A stretch of 53,057 nt of DNA, counting the filler, from Dirinaria sp. TL-2023a (lineage: Eukaryota), in the NCBI GenBank assembly GCA_051941275.1. It is 3 parts of 3 records of this genome, joined end to end, with 100 filler letters (N's around TTAATTAATTAA, not from the genome) between each part and the next. Parts side by side here need not be neighbours in the genome. Positions count along the whole stretch, not along the records: positions 1 to 17,627 come from JAVEBF010000420.1; positions 17,728 to 35,353 come from JAVEBF010000421.1; 1 more part is not named here. One strand, given 5' to 3'. Of this stretch, positions 11,233-24,555 are shown in pieces. Position numbers and translations under genes: made by a program. Positions within the stretch are counted from its first letter, which is position 1. Each line of letters starts with the position of its first letter. The notes under the pieces were generated by a model. The model was given only the letters and a program-made list of their open reading frames with translations, made no database searches and was not told where the DNA came from.

Positions 11233-12844
11233 GTAGCAAGCGCGAGATGTGACGGACTTGAAAATGGGAATAACGCCACTGGTTGGTCTTCATGGCAGGA
11301 CGGGGGCAAGATCAGGCATGGAAGCGTGTTTGGGGGAATATCAAATTGGCGTTCCTGGGGTCAAAGAATGCGAGCGTAGTCGACTACATGTAAGAAATTA
11401 GCAGAATGGAAGACTGAGCTAGCTGAACTCGCTTGAGAAAGTCGCATAGTTTTGACCCCTTGCGAAGACATATCTTTAAGCTACTGACTTCCACTCAAGA
11501 CTCTTCGCCACGAGTATTTGATGAGTCGCGTACACCGTTTCATTAGCTTATAAAAGCCACTCGGAAAGCAATGACTACGGTATTTGGATAACACAGATAC
11601 CAGGGAGGGGAATGACCATTAGTTCCGCAAGAGAGGCTATTGCCTGACAGTGGAGTTCATCGGTGATTTGATGCTTATGACTAACAGTGGCTATGTGGAT
11701 ATATTCGTTTGAAACAGCGCGGCTAATTTGACACCTTAGGGCAACAGTATAACCATATACTTCGACCTGGTGTTCGGAGGGGCATCTCGAACAGAAGTGC
11801 CTTCGACAATTCTCATCGTCGCCTGGACCAGCTCTTTTGTTGGTGCTCTGCTCGACAAGCTCTCTTCGCCTGCATGAGGGGTGCTGGGCGTGCGTGCCAA
11901 GATTCGAGCATGATTTCTCGTTCTCACCTGGCTTGGATCTCGTGGCCGGGGAAAGAATGGAGTTCGAGTTGTTATATCGCCTAGCTGTGGAATTTGAGGG
12001 TTCTAGGGTCACTAAAGAGAGAAGACTAAGGTGGTATTCCTGACATGGAGGCAAACGTCATAGCCGAAAGATGGCTAGTTTTCTTCGTGGACAATGTATC
12101 CGATGCCATATATGGAGCTTATCTTACCTGATATTGTAGGAACTCGTGGCAAAAACGTATCGACGAATTGACGACGGGCTAGTCCGTCATTGTCAAATAG
12201 GTCAGTTGTGAATTTGTGCTGGCATTCGGAGAACCCAGAGAGTCATCCGCGAAAGGAAAAGAAACGAAGTGTCGCACCGAGGGAATGACGACCCATTCTT
12301 ACTAGTGTTTTGAATGGTTATATTGAGCTTGAACCCGAGGGACCTTTGTCCCAGTCTTATTGTTTGGATGGAGTTGAGCACTTCAGGCCCAACTACTTCT
12401 ATAAGGTACAACCGCATGCGGTCTGCTGACACCTTAACAATAGCCCTGGATTGTATCTACGTCTCCAGGCATCTTCTTACTGCGGCACAGCTTCCCGTGC
12501 AGTATTATCCGAGACATCAGAATTGAAATCGTCAAACACTGAAGGTACCTTCACTCTCATCCAGGGCTTCATTCGCGTCATCACGCACTGATCGGTCTTT
12601 GAATACTGAACAGGGGCTGTCGACTAGATTCAGTTATGGAGTTACCAGTGTCTCTGTGGACGGTTTCAGCATAGCGTTAGGCCGCGAGTGAGACAAACAA
12701 CTTGTTTTTCCTCCTTGCATTCCAGTTGATTTTTTTTATGCGAGAATCCTTGCTCTCCATTTCTGACCCTTTCATTCACCATCCTAATTCCTGTGGCCTC
12801 TCTCTTATGAGCTATTGCGCACTGAAATCTTGACCAGTAGCAAG

Positions 12845-13470
12845 ATGCATTTGGACTCACTTTCAACTCTCGCTTTTCTTTTCCTTGCTTCCATGGCTAC
12901 AGCGCAGGACGATACTAATGGGCAATCCGCTGTAAACATCATCCTTCTCTAAGCCCTTCATATGAAAAGAGATCGAACCATCGACTAATTACTCTTTAGT
13001 CATCTCAGGCAGCTGCTGCCGCTTCCTCAGCCCTCGCCGCCGCCTCTGGCTTCACAGACAGCTCCATCCCTGCCTCCCTATACTCCGCAGTAGCTTCCGA
13101 GGTCAGCGTAAACAACGCGGGCAACCCCGCTATTCCATCTGACCTCAGTGGCGTCTTCGACACCCGGAGCTTGTCAGATCTGACTGGCACTGGCACAGCA
13201 ACTGGGCAGAGTGGGGGTGCTGGAGGCACGCTTACCGACTTAGCAGCTCCGGGGGCAACGACGAACACGGGCAGCACGGTTATGAGCACAGGGGTGAATG
13301 CGATGACTGGCGGGACATCGACGAGCACGACTTCGAAGCCATCGGGCTCGGCCAAAACGCCAACGCCCACCAGTACCAAACACACAGGTGTGGGTGCTCG
13401 TGCCACGGCCGGCGTCATGGCAGTGGGTGCAGGAGCTATGGGTGTTTTGGGAGTTGCTGCTATCCTTTAG
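12845..13470 (+). CDS. Secreted Ser/Thr/Gly-rich, probably GPI-anchored cell-surface protein, 2 exons
   Basis: Signal peptide MHLDSLSTLAFLFLASMATA-Q. A phase-0 intron (12932-12999, GTAAAC...CTAAT...TAG) joins in frame to ORF 13171-13470, which ends in a hydrophobic tail AGVMAVGAGAMGVLGVAAIL*. Confidence 0.8.
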
Positions 13471-14346
13471 GATTTTGGGAATGGTGGAAACAAAATTGGG
13501 TCCTTGATTTGGAGCACAGATATAGACCAGTTGCAGAGTACCAGTGTCTTAGTAGTAGTTGCGATCTGTAGTCTATCCATACTCCAGCCTTACTCTGCAA
13601 ATTTTCACTGCTATGGTAGACGCCTGGATGGGCAGCATTTTGATACGACACCGCCCTGATGATGCTGGAGTATTTTCCATTTTGGTTTTCATTATTTTGG
13701 GTTGGAGCTTGGCATTTTCTTCTTTTTTCTCCCTTTTTTGAAAAGTTTTCCTTTTTATTTTTTCTTTTTTCTTTCTGCTCGTCGAATGGACCCCCACTCT
13801 TTCGTGCTTTGAGACGGACAGCGCATGATGCGAGCATGATTCAATCTGTGCATTGACCTGTCATGATCGACGGGGTATACATAGAGTTAGGTATGTATTG
13901 TCGATTTTTGCTGCTCGATCATGCATTGATTTGCAGATTAATTGCATGTGAACCGCCGGGTCATCGGCCGCCCTCAGCCGAGATTCTAGATTCAGCTAGC
14001 GCGTTGAAGATTGCACAGCAAGGCTTTGGCAGATGTGACCAGCTCTCCCAAATTCCCTATGATACAGTCAAGAGGCCAGACGTACTCGCTCTCTTCCAAT
14101 TTCATGGACATCATCTCCATATCTGTAGCGAACTCCTTCCTTTCTCCGTCGCCACGTCGCTCTAGATCGCATGCTCACCTCTTACCGCCGCCTCCCTGCC
14201 CCCTGTTTGTGGCTCTTGCACAACGGGTAAAAATAGCACCACAAACACTCCCCTCAAGGCCGTAATTGTCGCATGCAACCTGCCAAAAGCCAATGCTCGC
14301 GCTATAATCCAACGTCTGTTGCAATACCTTGCCGAAAGTTTTCACC

Positions 14347-15566
14347 ATGAGCTTAGAACGCAAAGCTCCTTCGCCGGTTCCGGAGGCCGAAGGAGAAAAA
14401 GTCCCAGAGCCGATATCGCGTCTTATACTACTCCGGCATACCATATCGCAGCCGGTGTTTGCGGCTTTCTTGGCTGGCGGTATGGCCGGTGCTGTATCCA
14501 GAACGGTGGTTTCACCATTGGAACGCCTGAAAATTCTGTTCCAGATACAAAGCGCAGGGAGGAATGAGTATAAGATGTCCGTTGGGAAGGGATTGGCGAA
14601 GATGTGGAGGGAGGAAGGCTGGCGGGGTTTCATGAGGGGCAATGGCACGAATTGTATACGCATCGTTCCGTACTCCGCAGTACAATTTGGGAGCTATAAC
14701 TTCTACAAAAGAGTACGTGTACGGGAATGGCCTTACAAAGTGCCTTTCTAGGATGGCCCGGTTCTCTTGTTTGAGGAAGCTGATGGTTTATTGCGCTAGT
14801 TCCTCGAACCTACACCTGGCGCTGACCTGTCCCCCATAAGACGATTGGTCTGCGGAGGCGCAGCCGGCATCACTTCTGTCACAGCCACTTATCCCCTTGA
14901 CATTGTCCGGACGAGATTATCCATACAGTCTGCGTCCTTCTCGAACCTGAAAGAAGCGTCCCAGAAGAAGCTCCCGGGGATGTGGGCCACCATGGTCATG
15001 ATGTACAAGACGGAAGGAGGGTTCCTTGCTCTGTATCGAGGCATTCTGCCCACTGTTGCTGGTGTAGCGCCATACGTGAGTACTGAAAGGACGCATATGC
15101 CAACACAAGAGCTCTGCTGATTCCACGATAGGTCGGCCTCAATTTCATGACCTACGAATCCGTACGGAAATACTTCACCCGGGAAGGCGAGAAGAACCCT
15201 CCCGCCATGCGCAAACTAGCTGCTGGAGCGATCTCGGGCGCTTTTGCGCAGACATGCACCTATCCATTGTGAGTTTGCTCCACTATGCTCCTTCTTCCCG
15301 GCATCGTTGTAACGCGTTCTAGCGACGTGCTCCGTCGAAGATTCCAGATCAACACCATGTCCGGGATGGGCTATCAGTACCGGTCAATATGGGACGCCAT
15401 TACGGTGATCATAAGCCAGGAGGGCGTCATGGGCCTTTACAAAGGCATTGTGCCCAATCTCCTGAAAGTGGCGCCCAGTATGGCCAGCAGCTGGCTGAGC
15501 TTTGAGGTTACGAGGGATTTCCTGATCAGCCTGGATCAGCCTGATGGTGCACAGGCCGCAGTATAG
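14347..15566 (+). CDS. Mitochondrial carrier family protein (YPR011C/SLC25A42-like adenine-nucleotide-type carrier), 4 exons
   Basis: Three Px[DE]xx[KR] signatures (PLERLK, PLDIVR, PFDVLR); MRGNGTNCIRIVPYSAVQF; RRRFQ; three GT-AG introns. Confidence 0.92.
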
Positions 15567-16156
15567 AGGCGGAGGGGAGGCGGAGGTTGGAGGCTCGGTT
15601 TGCTTAATACATAGACACGGCTCTCTATAAAAAAGGTAGGTTGCTAACGGCATTTCGACTGGGCGGCTGCATTGTATATCCCGGAGGGACCAGGCGCATA
15701 GCGAGAGCATGGGATTGATTGTTTATGGGCACGCAGGATTGATGCTAGATGCGGACATACAAGCTAGCTTGCCAGGTAGTGTATTATTCTTAGAGGCTTT
15801 AGACCATCAGAGAGCAACTATCAAGCCTTTTGGATTGTCTGGAAGGCAAAACTCCTGGAATCTAATTCGGAGGTAGGCCGCGAGAGAATCGCACAGCTCC
15901 CAGACTATTTTGTAGCGTTGTAGGCTGAATTTGAACAATGCCCTCATTCATCACTCATTCAAAGACAGGGACGTCGGTGCATCTAGCATCCAACTCCTAA
16001 ATGTACCGCTTCTTATGGAGCAGCAGACGCTAAAATAAGCGAGCCCACGACACTTTGGCGCTAAGGAATTTCGGCCTCTGCTCGTACCCTACGAACTCCA
16101 ATCTCAACTTCAATCCCACAAACCGACGATCCAATTCTCCCCGAAAGGCCAGCAAG

Positions 16157-17204
16157 ATGGGTGAGTTACGCCGAATCTCCTATCCCCACGTCTTATTCGC
16201 CCTCTACATACACCAGCCATATCCTGCGTTGGCGGTGTAGTACTCCGCGCAGCAGCACAGGCCCCGTTTCCAGCTGCCACACCACCTTCGCTCCCCAAAT
16301 GTCATCACACTCGCACCTTAAGATCAACTGCTAATTGAAGTGCTTCAGGTATCGACCTCGACAAGCACCATGTGCGGAGCACCCACCGCAAGCAGCCGAA
16401 GAGCGACAACGTCTACCTGAAGCTGCTCGTCAAGCTATACCGTTTCCTTGCACGTACGTCTTTCCCAGTCCCATCCATCCATCCATCCTCCACATCATCG
16501 TAAAACCCGCAAGAAACAAACCTCCCCAAAATCCAAAGCAACATACCTACCTACCTACCTACCCACAATCTCATCCTACAAAAAAAAGCGTCCGCAAACC
16601 CAACTAATTAAAAAAACAATTATTGGGGCACGTAGGCCGCACAGACGCCGCATTCAATAAGGTCGTTCTCCGCCGCCTCTTCATGTCGCGCATCAACCGC
16701 CCCCCGCTATCCCTCTCCCGCCTCGTCAAGCACTCCTCTCCAACCACCGACTCCTCCAAGAAAACAATCGTGGTCGTCGGCACCATCACAGACGACACGC
16801 GGCTGCTGTCCGTGCCGGCCATGACCGTCGCAGCGCTGCGCTTCACGGCGACCGCGCGCGCGCGGATCGAGAAAGCGGGCGGGGAATGTTTGACGCTGGA
16901 TCAATTGGCGTTGCGCGCGCCGACGGGCGCGAATACGTTGCTGTTGAGGGGACCGAAGAATAGTCGCGAGGCGGTCAAGCATTTCGGGTTCGGGCCGCAT
17001 AAGGGGAAGGTGAGTCCCCCTTCCCTCTTGAATTCCTTTCTTTCTTTCTTTTTTCTCGATTTTTTTTTTTCTTTTTTGCGGATTGGGTGGGGGTTGGTTT
17101 TTTGGCTGATGATGATGGTGCTTCAGAAACCGCTCGTGGAGAGCAAAGGCCGCAAATTCGAACGCGCCCGTGGTCGGAGACGGTCCAGGGGTTTCAAGGT
17201 CTAG
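16157..17204 (+). CDS. RPL18: 60S ribosomal protein L18 (eL18), 4 exons, 186 aa
   Basis: Exons 16157-16160, 16349-16453, 16636-17009 and 17127-17204 give [39 protein letters not shown]...[15 protein letters not shown]. Confidence 0.97.
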
Positions 17205-17627
17205 AAATTATTTCCCCATAAATTTCAGACCTAAGGTAGCTAGACTTTTATGCGCAGAGCGTCGATATCGGCTCTTCTCAAGTCCTGAGTTTAGCAAATA
17301 CAAATACAAAATCACCAAAAAGGCTGTTCAAACCTCTACCCTCCCTCCCCTCTCTCTCTCTCTCTATCCATGCATACATACACACATGCATGCAATTAAC
17401 CCATTTTCCTCTTTTCAAAATCGTATATCGTTCTGCATTACTGTAGTAACCAAGTATATCCTCTTCGTTCCATCTTTCCCATACATAGATATAAGGTACC
17501 TCTACAGTCTACTAAAAACTCGGGCAACATTTATGTTGCTGCTCATGCTTTCTCTCAAAAAAACAAAAAACAAAAAAAAAAAAGGGGCAGGTATTGAATT
17601 CCCTTTTTGGAAAGGAAAGAAGAATTC

Positions 17628-17727
17628 NNNNNNNNNNNNNNNNNNNNNNNNNNNNNNNNNNNNNNNNNNNNTTAATTAATTAANNNNNNNNNNNNNNNNN
17701 NNNNNNNNNNNNNNNNNNNNNNNNNNN
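17628..17727. other. Artificial contig linker (44 N + TTAATTAATTAA + 44 N)
   Basis: Exactly 100 nt; the 12-mer places stop codons in all six frames; identical layout at 35354-35453. Confidence 0.97.
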
Positions 17728-17756
17728 ACCTCCCCCCCTCCTCGGTCCAAAAACAG

Positions 17757-18288
17757 GAAAATCCCCTACCGCCTGTCCGCGCCCCAAAAAGCTCGGCACC
17801 GCAAAAGGCTGCGCATGGTCGACAACGTGATCGCGACGGTGGAGAGCGCGCTGGCGAAGCAGGGGCAATCGAGCCGGCCCGTGGAACGGTGGAAGGCCGA
17901 GATGCCGCGCGAGGAGGAGATGCCGACGAGGGATAAATATACTGTGTTTGATCGCAAGGAGAGGAGGTATCGCAAGGGGATTCATAGTGAGTCTCTTTTC
18001 TCTCACGGGGTTTTTTGGTGTTGGTTGGGGGGGAAGGCGGAAAGAGAGGCGGTTGGAGGAGGAGAGGCGGTTAAGGGATGGGTTTAGAGGGTGGATTGGG
18101 TACACGGGTGTGGAGGAGGGAAGCGTGAAGGGTTGGAGAATTCGGAAAGGCGGGTTTCATTGGGAGCTACGCTTCGCGAAAGCCGGCGGAGGGGTGCGTC
18201 CAGGAGTTCTGCGGCTGACAGGCGGTGAATTGTAGGAGTACCCAAGTGGACGCGAGTCAGTCAGAGAATCAACCCACCGGGCTTCTGA
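17757..18288 (+). CDS. MRPL31: Mitochondrial large-subunit ribosomal protein L31 (mL60), 5'-truncated by the gap
   Basis: KIPYRLSAPQKARHRKRLRMVD...MPREEEMPTRDKYTVFDRKERRYRKGIH, GT-AG intron, then RVPKWTRVSQRINPPGF*. Confidence 0.9.
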
Positions 18289-18783
18289 GGGAGATTCGAC
18301 ATTGTGTTGAGCATGAATGGGGACACGGTGCAAAGAAGAGGGAGAATTCACATCGATGCATACAATGGCGGCGTTATCGATATTTAATTGGAGAAGAGTC
18401 AAGGTGCAATGGCATTTTCTATAGCTGTGCCTTCGGAATCACGTAAACTATCAATACCTACCTAGGGATATCTCGCCAAAAATTAAAATTATCATAGCAA
18501 AGCGAACGTCGACGCAACTAGATTACAAGAAAAGAAGTGCCGCGCATGAGTTGCTTCAGATGCTCCGAGGCAGCGAAAGTCCGAGGCGACTGTTCGCCAA
18601 TCGCTCTATTTGGAGGCGCGGAATAGGACGTGATTTCGTGATCCATGTACTTGGGAGCTCGGCTTCACACCTCTTCTAAGTTTTTTTCGGTATCGCCATC
18701 GAGTGAGCGCCATACCACCTACTTTCGCCCACTAGTCTAGCAAACCGTACAATAATCGGTGTTAGACCTTAAGCAGGGATATC

Positions 18784-21700
18784 TCACAATTCGTCCTTAA
18801 CCTTTCCGGTAGCAGCGGATGCTGCGCTGCTGACGCTGCTCGCCATGTTCTCCACTCCACTCTTGATCTTCTCGGCGGCATCGGTAGCCCCCTCCTGGCC
18901 TACCGAAGACAATTCGGCAATCTTGGCTTTGGCACTCTCTACAACAGCTGCCAATCTCGCTGAAGCACTCTCCACAGCACCTTGCTCAGGGCCGAAGATC
19001 GCTTCACTAACTGTGGCCTTGCTGGCCTCCATGGCAGAGTTGGCTGATGCCATCTTTTCCTTGGCGACTTCAGTGGCCGAGGAGTAAGCATTCGCAGCAG
19101 CGCTAGTGACGCTTTCTGTGACTCCGGTAGAGCTCCCATAAACTGCAACTGAGAATGCTGCCTGGGCGGATGACGCAACATCATCGAGGGACTTGCTTAT
19201 GGAAGCCATGTAGCCTGCTTGGGTACCGTAGACTGCCTCGCTCGCACGAGACTGTGCAGAGGATGCCGCAGAAGATGCTGCGGAAGTAGCTTTCTCATAG
19301 GTTCCTTTGCTTGATCCATAATATTGGACACTCGCAGCTTCGATGGCCGCATTAACGCTATCGCTCGCCTCTTTCAATATAGCTTCGAGCGTAGCAGGCG
19401 GGGTAAAGTGTGTAGAAACAACAGAAGAAGCTGAGGCATAGGCTTCGTTGACATAGCTTGATGCGGTTGATGCAGCGCTTACGTGATAGCCGGTATGGTA
19501 GACGGAGCTAAGTCGATTCATCACGCTCTCTGTAAAATCAGGTTCGCGGCCCTTTACAAGGTCGGAGAAGAGGGCTTGGACGGCTTCGAATTGCGCAGCT
19601 GCACTGTCAGTGGCTTGTGCCGCATATTCACCTGTCTGAGCCATGAGAGATTCGGAGAATGGGGTTGGGGCTCCGTAAACCTGCTCGCTGGCTTTAGCGA
19701 CAAGGGCTTCCCAGTTTTCGGAAGCTTGACTGGCTATAGACTGGCTCCAAGGAGTCTCTGAACCTGCAAGAGCTGTGCTCGCTGCCGATGTTATTGATCC
19801 AACCTTCTCTGACGCCATTGAAGCAATTGACTCGGCTGTGCCTTGAGGAGACCCATAGACCCCTGTGCTAGCCGCGGCCGAGGCGGAGGAAAGATGGGCA
19901 GATGCGGCGGAGACAATTGAGCTGTAGTGTGACGATGCTGAGTCCAGAATGGATTGCGCGGGTGATTTGCTCGTCTTTCCTGCGGCGGAACTCGCAGAGC
20001 TGAGTATAAGCTCTAGATTATCTGATGCTGCACCAACAATGCTGCTGTACTGCTCTTGAGCCGCATTCAGGAGGCTCTGATATGCTGGGGTTGGGGTTCC
20101 GTAGATCGACTGGGATGCAGCACTGGCAAGGCTTTCATAGACAGGCGTAGGTGTGCCATACACAGCACTGGAGGCCGCGATCACAAAATCTGAATACCTC
20201 TCATGCGCTAAGCCGACAGCCTCATAGTACCTTCGCTGTCCTTCCATGATATAATGCTGGTGGACGGGGGTGGAAGTGGCACCAGCCGCAGACTTGACGC
20301 TCGAGTATTGCGCGGAAGCAGCGGCTAGGCTGTCAGCGAGCCGAGCAGAAGCCATTGCAGTTATCGACTCCATAACTCCTTGGCTGGGCTTATGGATCGC
20401 TTCGCTCGCAGCCTTTGTCGCAGTGACATACGCAGCGCTTGCGGCGCTGGACAGCTCCGAGTATCTCTCATTGGCTCTGGACATGTAACTCTCGTAGCCG
20501 GACGCTGTCGTAGCGCCGATGGCGCTTTTGGCAGATTCGTATTGAGACGAAGCCACTCCTAATGCATCAGAGTATTTTTGACTGGCAATCGAAAGAGCAG
20601 ACTGTTGAGGACTCAAAGGCGTCCCGTACAACGCCGTCGAAGCGCTGTCGATCACGGACTGCATGCGTCTACTAGCTCCATCTAAGGACTCTGAATACGC
20701 CTGCTCTATTGAAGCAAACATTTGCTCATGTACAGGCTTCGGTGAGTCCGAAATCTGCTGTGAGGCGATTGACTTAGCTTGAGAGTATTGCTCTTCGGCT
20801 CGACTGGCTGCCTGGGAATAGGCTGCAGATGCTGAGGCCACAATCGACTGAGCTGTTGGCGTTGAGGGTCCGTAGATTATCGAAGAAGCACTAGGAAGCA
20901 TTAGCCACACCCAGCTATGATGAAGCCAGAAAGCTTACGCTGCAACAGCTTCGGCATATTTAGCAGAGGCTACACTAGCTACACTCTCCCCAGCACCTTG
21001 CTCGGTCCCGTAAAGAGCACGTGAAGCTGCCGCGAGTGCACTGGAGTACCGGTCATCTGCCAGAGAAGTGATACTTTCCACTGAGCCCTGAGTGCTCGTC
21101 GGCTTCAACATTGCTTCACTGACGGCTTTCGTGATATCGGCGTACTTGTCGCCGGCTTGTTCCACGATACTTTGCAGTTTCTCTGAGTATGTTGCGTCTT
21201 CATCTACAGTATCGTCCAGAATAGGCTTCTGCTCGCCCACTTTTTGCGCCATAGCTCCAGCAAACACCTTTTTAGAGGCTTCGGTCGCCGCAGAGGAAGC
21301 ACTGGAGCTTACAGAATTCGCACCATCTGCCAGGCCGTCCACCGCTGGATTGGAGGAGCCGGACACGGTATCTACAATGGCAGAGCTGGCAGAGCTCAAA
21401 CCTTTCGAGACTCCAGAGGAGACGGACTTTTGCTGAAGATTAGGGGCTTGGCTTGCAGCGTCGCTCACCTCTTGTGCGGCTTCAATGGCTTTGTCTTCCA
21501 AAGAGCCGGCCTTCTCGCCCATGCCGGCCTCCGAGCCAACAACGCGAGATGAGATGCTGGCGGCAATATCGGCCGCGCCTTTCTTAGCTTCCGATATCAT
21601 GGACTGTGGAGCACTCTGTGACGACCCAACAATTTGCTCGCTTGCTGACTGAACGTTGTCAGCGGCCTTGCGCGTGGCTTTTGCTGCTTCGGGCGGTAAT

Positions 21701-23521
21701 TGCTTCGGAGAGAAATCTTCTGAATCGTCCAATGCCTGGATCTTCCATGTACCAATATCCTTCAATTGACGGAGTTTGCTCGCAGTGTCCTCGGCCACCA
21801 TCATGCCATAAGACTCAATATCGTCGCCGGCCTCTTGGGCCTTTTCCAGCCCGGGGTGTTGCTTAGCTACAGCTTCGACCTCTGAAGTCCACTTGTCGAA
21901 ATTAGATTTGACTTCGTGATACTTTGACCAGTCTTTGTACGTGACACCATCCATCCATGCCCACCGCATGCCAATCTCTTGTAGTCCGAGGCTACTGATG
22001 TTATCTAGAACATCCAGCGTGGACTGTGAAGCGGCAGATACCAACGAGGCCGTCTCTACGACGTATTCCTGCTTCCACTTTCTCAGGGCTTGTGCCTTGT
22101 CTTTGATCACCATACCAGCCTTCTTGACCGCTTGTGAGATTGCTTCTTCCGCTTTTCCAACAGTCGCTTTATCAGCGTCCTCTGGAAGTGACTTGACGAG
22201 TTTCACGATTGTCGACTTCAACTTGTCAATTTCGGAAGTTGATGTCTCCTCCAGCTGGATGATCAGAGCGTTGCCGACTCCGTTGGCTCGATCAGAAATC
22301 TGACGATCCGTGATCTCCTTCACCCGCTCTTCCAGATCCTCGGTGCCCTTATCTGCTGCTTGCGCAAATTTGTCTTGCCAATTCTTGAGATCCGAGGCAA
22401 TCTTTTCCCTCGCATTGGCAATTTTCTCTTCGGAGGTAAGCACGGCCGACGGGCTAGAAGATGGCTCGGAGCTAGTAAATGATGAGCTTAGGGCTGTGGT
22501 TTGTTCAGGTGAGGAAGACATGGAAACATCGGAAGTTGCAGATATTGCCTCAGATGATCTAGAGCCAATGTTAGCCAGTGGACCATCACAGTCTTTATGT
22601 CACGCGCACGATTGTATCTCCTCCATGGCGGCTTGAAGCCTTTTGCCGTCCCGATATCTGCCTAACCGCTCCCCGATCCGAATCAGTTGAGGTTCCACAT
22701 TCTCACCGTACAGAATCCTCATTTTAGGCCACAGTGTGCGGTCAACGAATCTAACGGATGATTTCCATGCGGCTTGAAGATATGGCAGACCGGTCTCCAT
22801 CACAGCACTATGTGCCACTGAGTAAGCCTTCTCGGCATAGGGCCGGGAAACGGTGTAAGCAGGTAGCAGATGGTTGTTATACACGGTCGTCACTTGTTCC
22901 CTGCTCGAGGTATAATAGGGCTCCACGACGGCGGACACCTTAGCAACCTGTGGCGCCAAGGAGGCATCGTATTGATCCCTGACTTGTTTTTGAGTGGCAT
23001 CCCATTGCGGCTTGACAGTCTCTCGCCACCGCTGAGCGCTATATGAGCGGATTTCCGCAACACGTGGTGCGCCATATGCCTGGTATGTCTGATTGCCGTA
23101 CTTGATCGAGGGGCTCAGGAGCCTTTTGTCGAAGCTTTCGACGTAGGGGCGTGCCGAGTCGACGTAAGGTGCCGCATAGGTATTGTAATATGGCTCTAAA
23201 TATGGGCTTGCATAGCTTCTCGCTGTCAGGTAAGGCTTGCACACTGATGAGGATTGTCCTGTGACGTCGGCGATGGAGGAGGGGCAGCGGAAGAGAGCTG
23301 TCACGACCGTATACCACACTAGCAATCTACATCATGCGTCCGTCAGCCAATTCTACTGGCCGAGCCGTCCATTCTACATACCTTGCAACGACACTGAAGC
23401 TCCTCGCGGCGAGGCCTGGGACGGGTTTCTGCTTTATCTTAGGCAACTTGGTGAGGGTGCCGTTGGGCTGGCCATTGTATTTCGATGGGCCTTTGGCTCG
23501 TCCATTTTGCTGCGCAGCCAT
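18784..23521 (-). CDS. Large Ser/Ala-rich type II membrane/ER protein ending in KDEL (She10-like fungal family), 4 exons, ~1527 aa
   Basis: Exons 23521-23382, 23326-22610, 22558-20939 and 20890-18784 sum to 4584 nt in frame; N-terminal TM (RLLVWYTVVTALFRCP); LGLQEIGMRWAWMDGVTYKDW motif; many S-x-x-YG[TS]P repeats; C-terminal KDEL. Confidence 0.85.
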
Positions 23522-24033
23522 ATCTACATACGACGGCGGTCGCGCGAGGTGGTTAGCGGACTGAGGAAGGACGTTGAGCAGCACAGCAAGCGCTGAGCGT
23601 TGCAGGCTTACTGCAGAAGCGTCCAGACGCGTACTCGTACGAGGGACTTGGTACTGCGGTCTTTCACTAAGCGGAGTGTGGGATTATTAGTTCGGAGCTC
23701 GTCGAGATATCATTCCGCTTCAGGATCCTACTCTCTGAGGGTCCTGATGAATGCTTTTGTGCCCAATATTATTTCATCTTGTACAGCAGTAGTAGTAGTA
23801 CGGGGGGGAGAACTGGGAAGAGATAATCCCTGTTGCCCTGATGCCCAGTAATCCAAGTGCCAAGCCAGCAATGATGTCGCGTGCACGGGCTAAAGTAAGG
23901 TAAGGTAAGGTAGAGCAAGGCAGAAGTACTTCAGTACAGATAAGGCGTGATATGGGTACATAGTACCTCATGTACCTTATGTACGTGTTGTACTCGTACC
24001 TCTACATTAGCATTGATTCATCCATCACACCCT

Positions 24034-24047
24034 TTTTCACGTGAAAA
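24034..24047. promoter_or_regulatory. Palindromic E-box (TTTTCACGTGAAAA) in a divergent promoter
   Basis: Perfect 14-bp palindrome with a TCACGTGA bHLH-type core, midway between the start codons at 23521 and 24556. Confidence 0.35.
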
Positions 24048-24555
24048 CCGACCCATGTTCTCCTTTCCTTGCGTCATCCCTCCCCTTCAGTTGGTTCCAG
24101 GCTTGGCACCATTTTCGCTGACGTAAGCTGAAAGGACGTCGTAAAGTACTTGACTAAGGTAAGGTCTGGTTCTTCCATGTGAAATCTCACCAGGCTAAAC
24201 CCTAGGTACCTACATATTCCGCTGGTTTTACCTCAGGAACCCATGGAACCCTAAGAATAATAAGAGTCGCAGTAGTAATCTTACCTACCTTAGAAACGTC
24301 TTCACCTCTTTCTTCAAAACTTCCTCTATTCTCCATCTCCCCACCTCGCCGCCATCCTTCCACCTATTACGGTCCTTACCTGTTCCTTGTATCTTTCCCC
24401 AAGCGACCATATCACCATACCACCACCATCTCCGCGATTACCACGTCTACTTTCCAGTTGCTCGGGTGCAGTCATTGATGACCGCCTGAATCCTAATTAC
24501 ACATGTGTACAAACGGTCTGACCAGAATGGCCGAATCCTAGACATCCCCGACCAA

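Noticed and set aside
11575..12054. 159-aa minus-strand ORF
   Set aside because: TTG start, no recognisable motif or supporting splice structure; a lineage-specific gene cannot be excluded but is unsupported.
17170..17679. 169-aa ORF after RPL18
   Set aside because: Runs through 3' UTR microsatellites, poly-A and the N linker; an artefact.
17672..17683. TTAATTAATTAA palindrome as a biological repeat or TTAA transposon footprint
   Set aside because: Centred in a symmetric N run and duplicated at 35398-35409; it is an assembly spacer.
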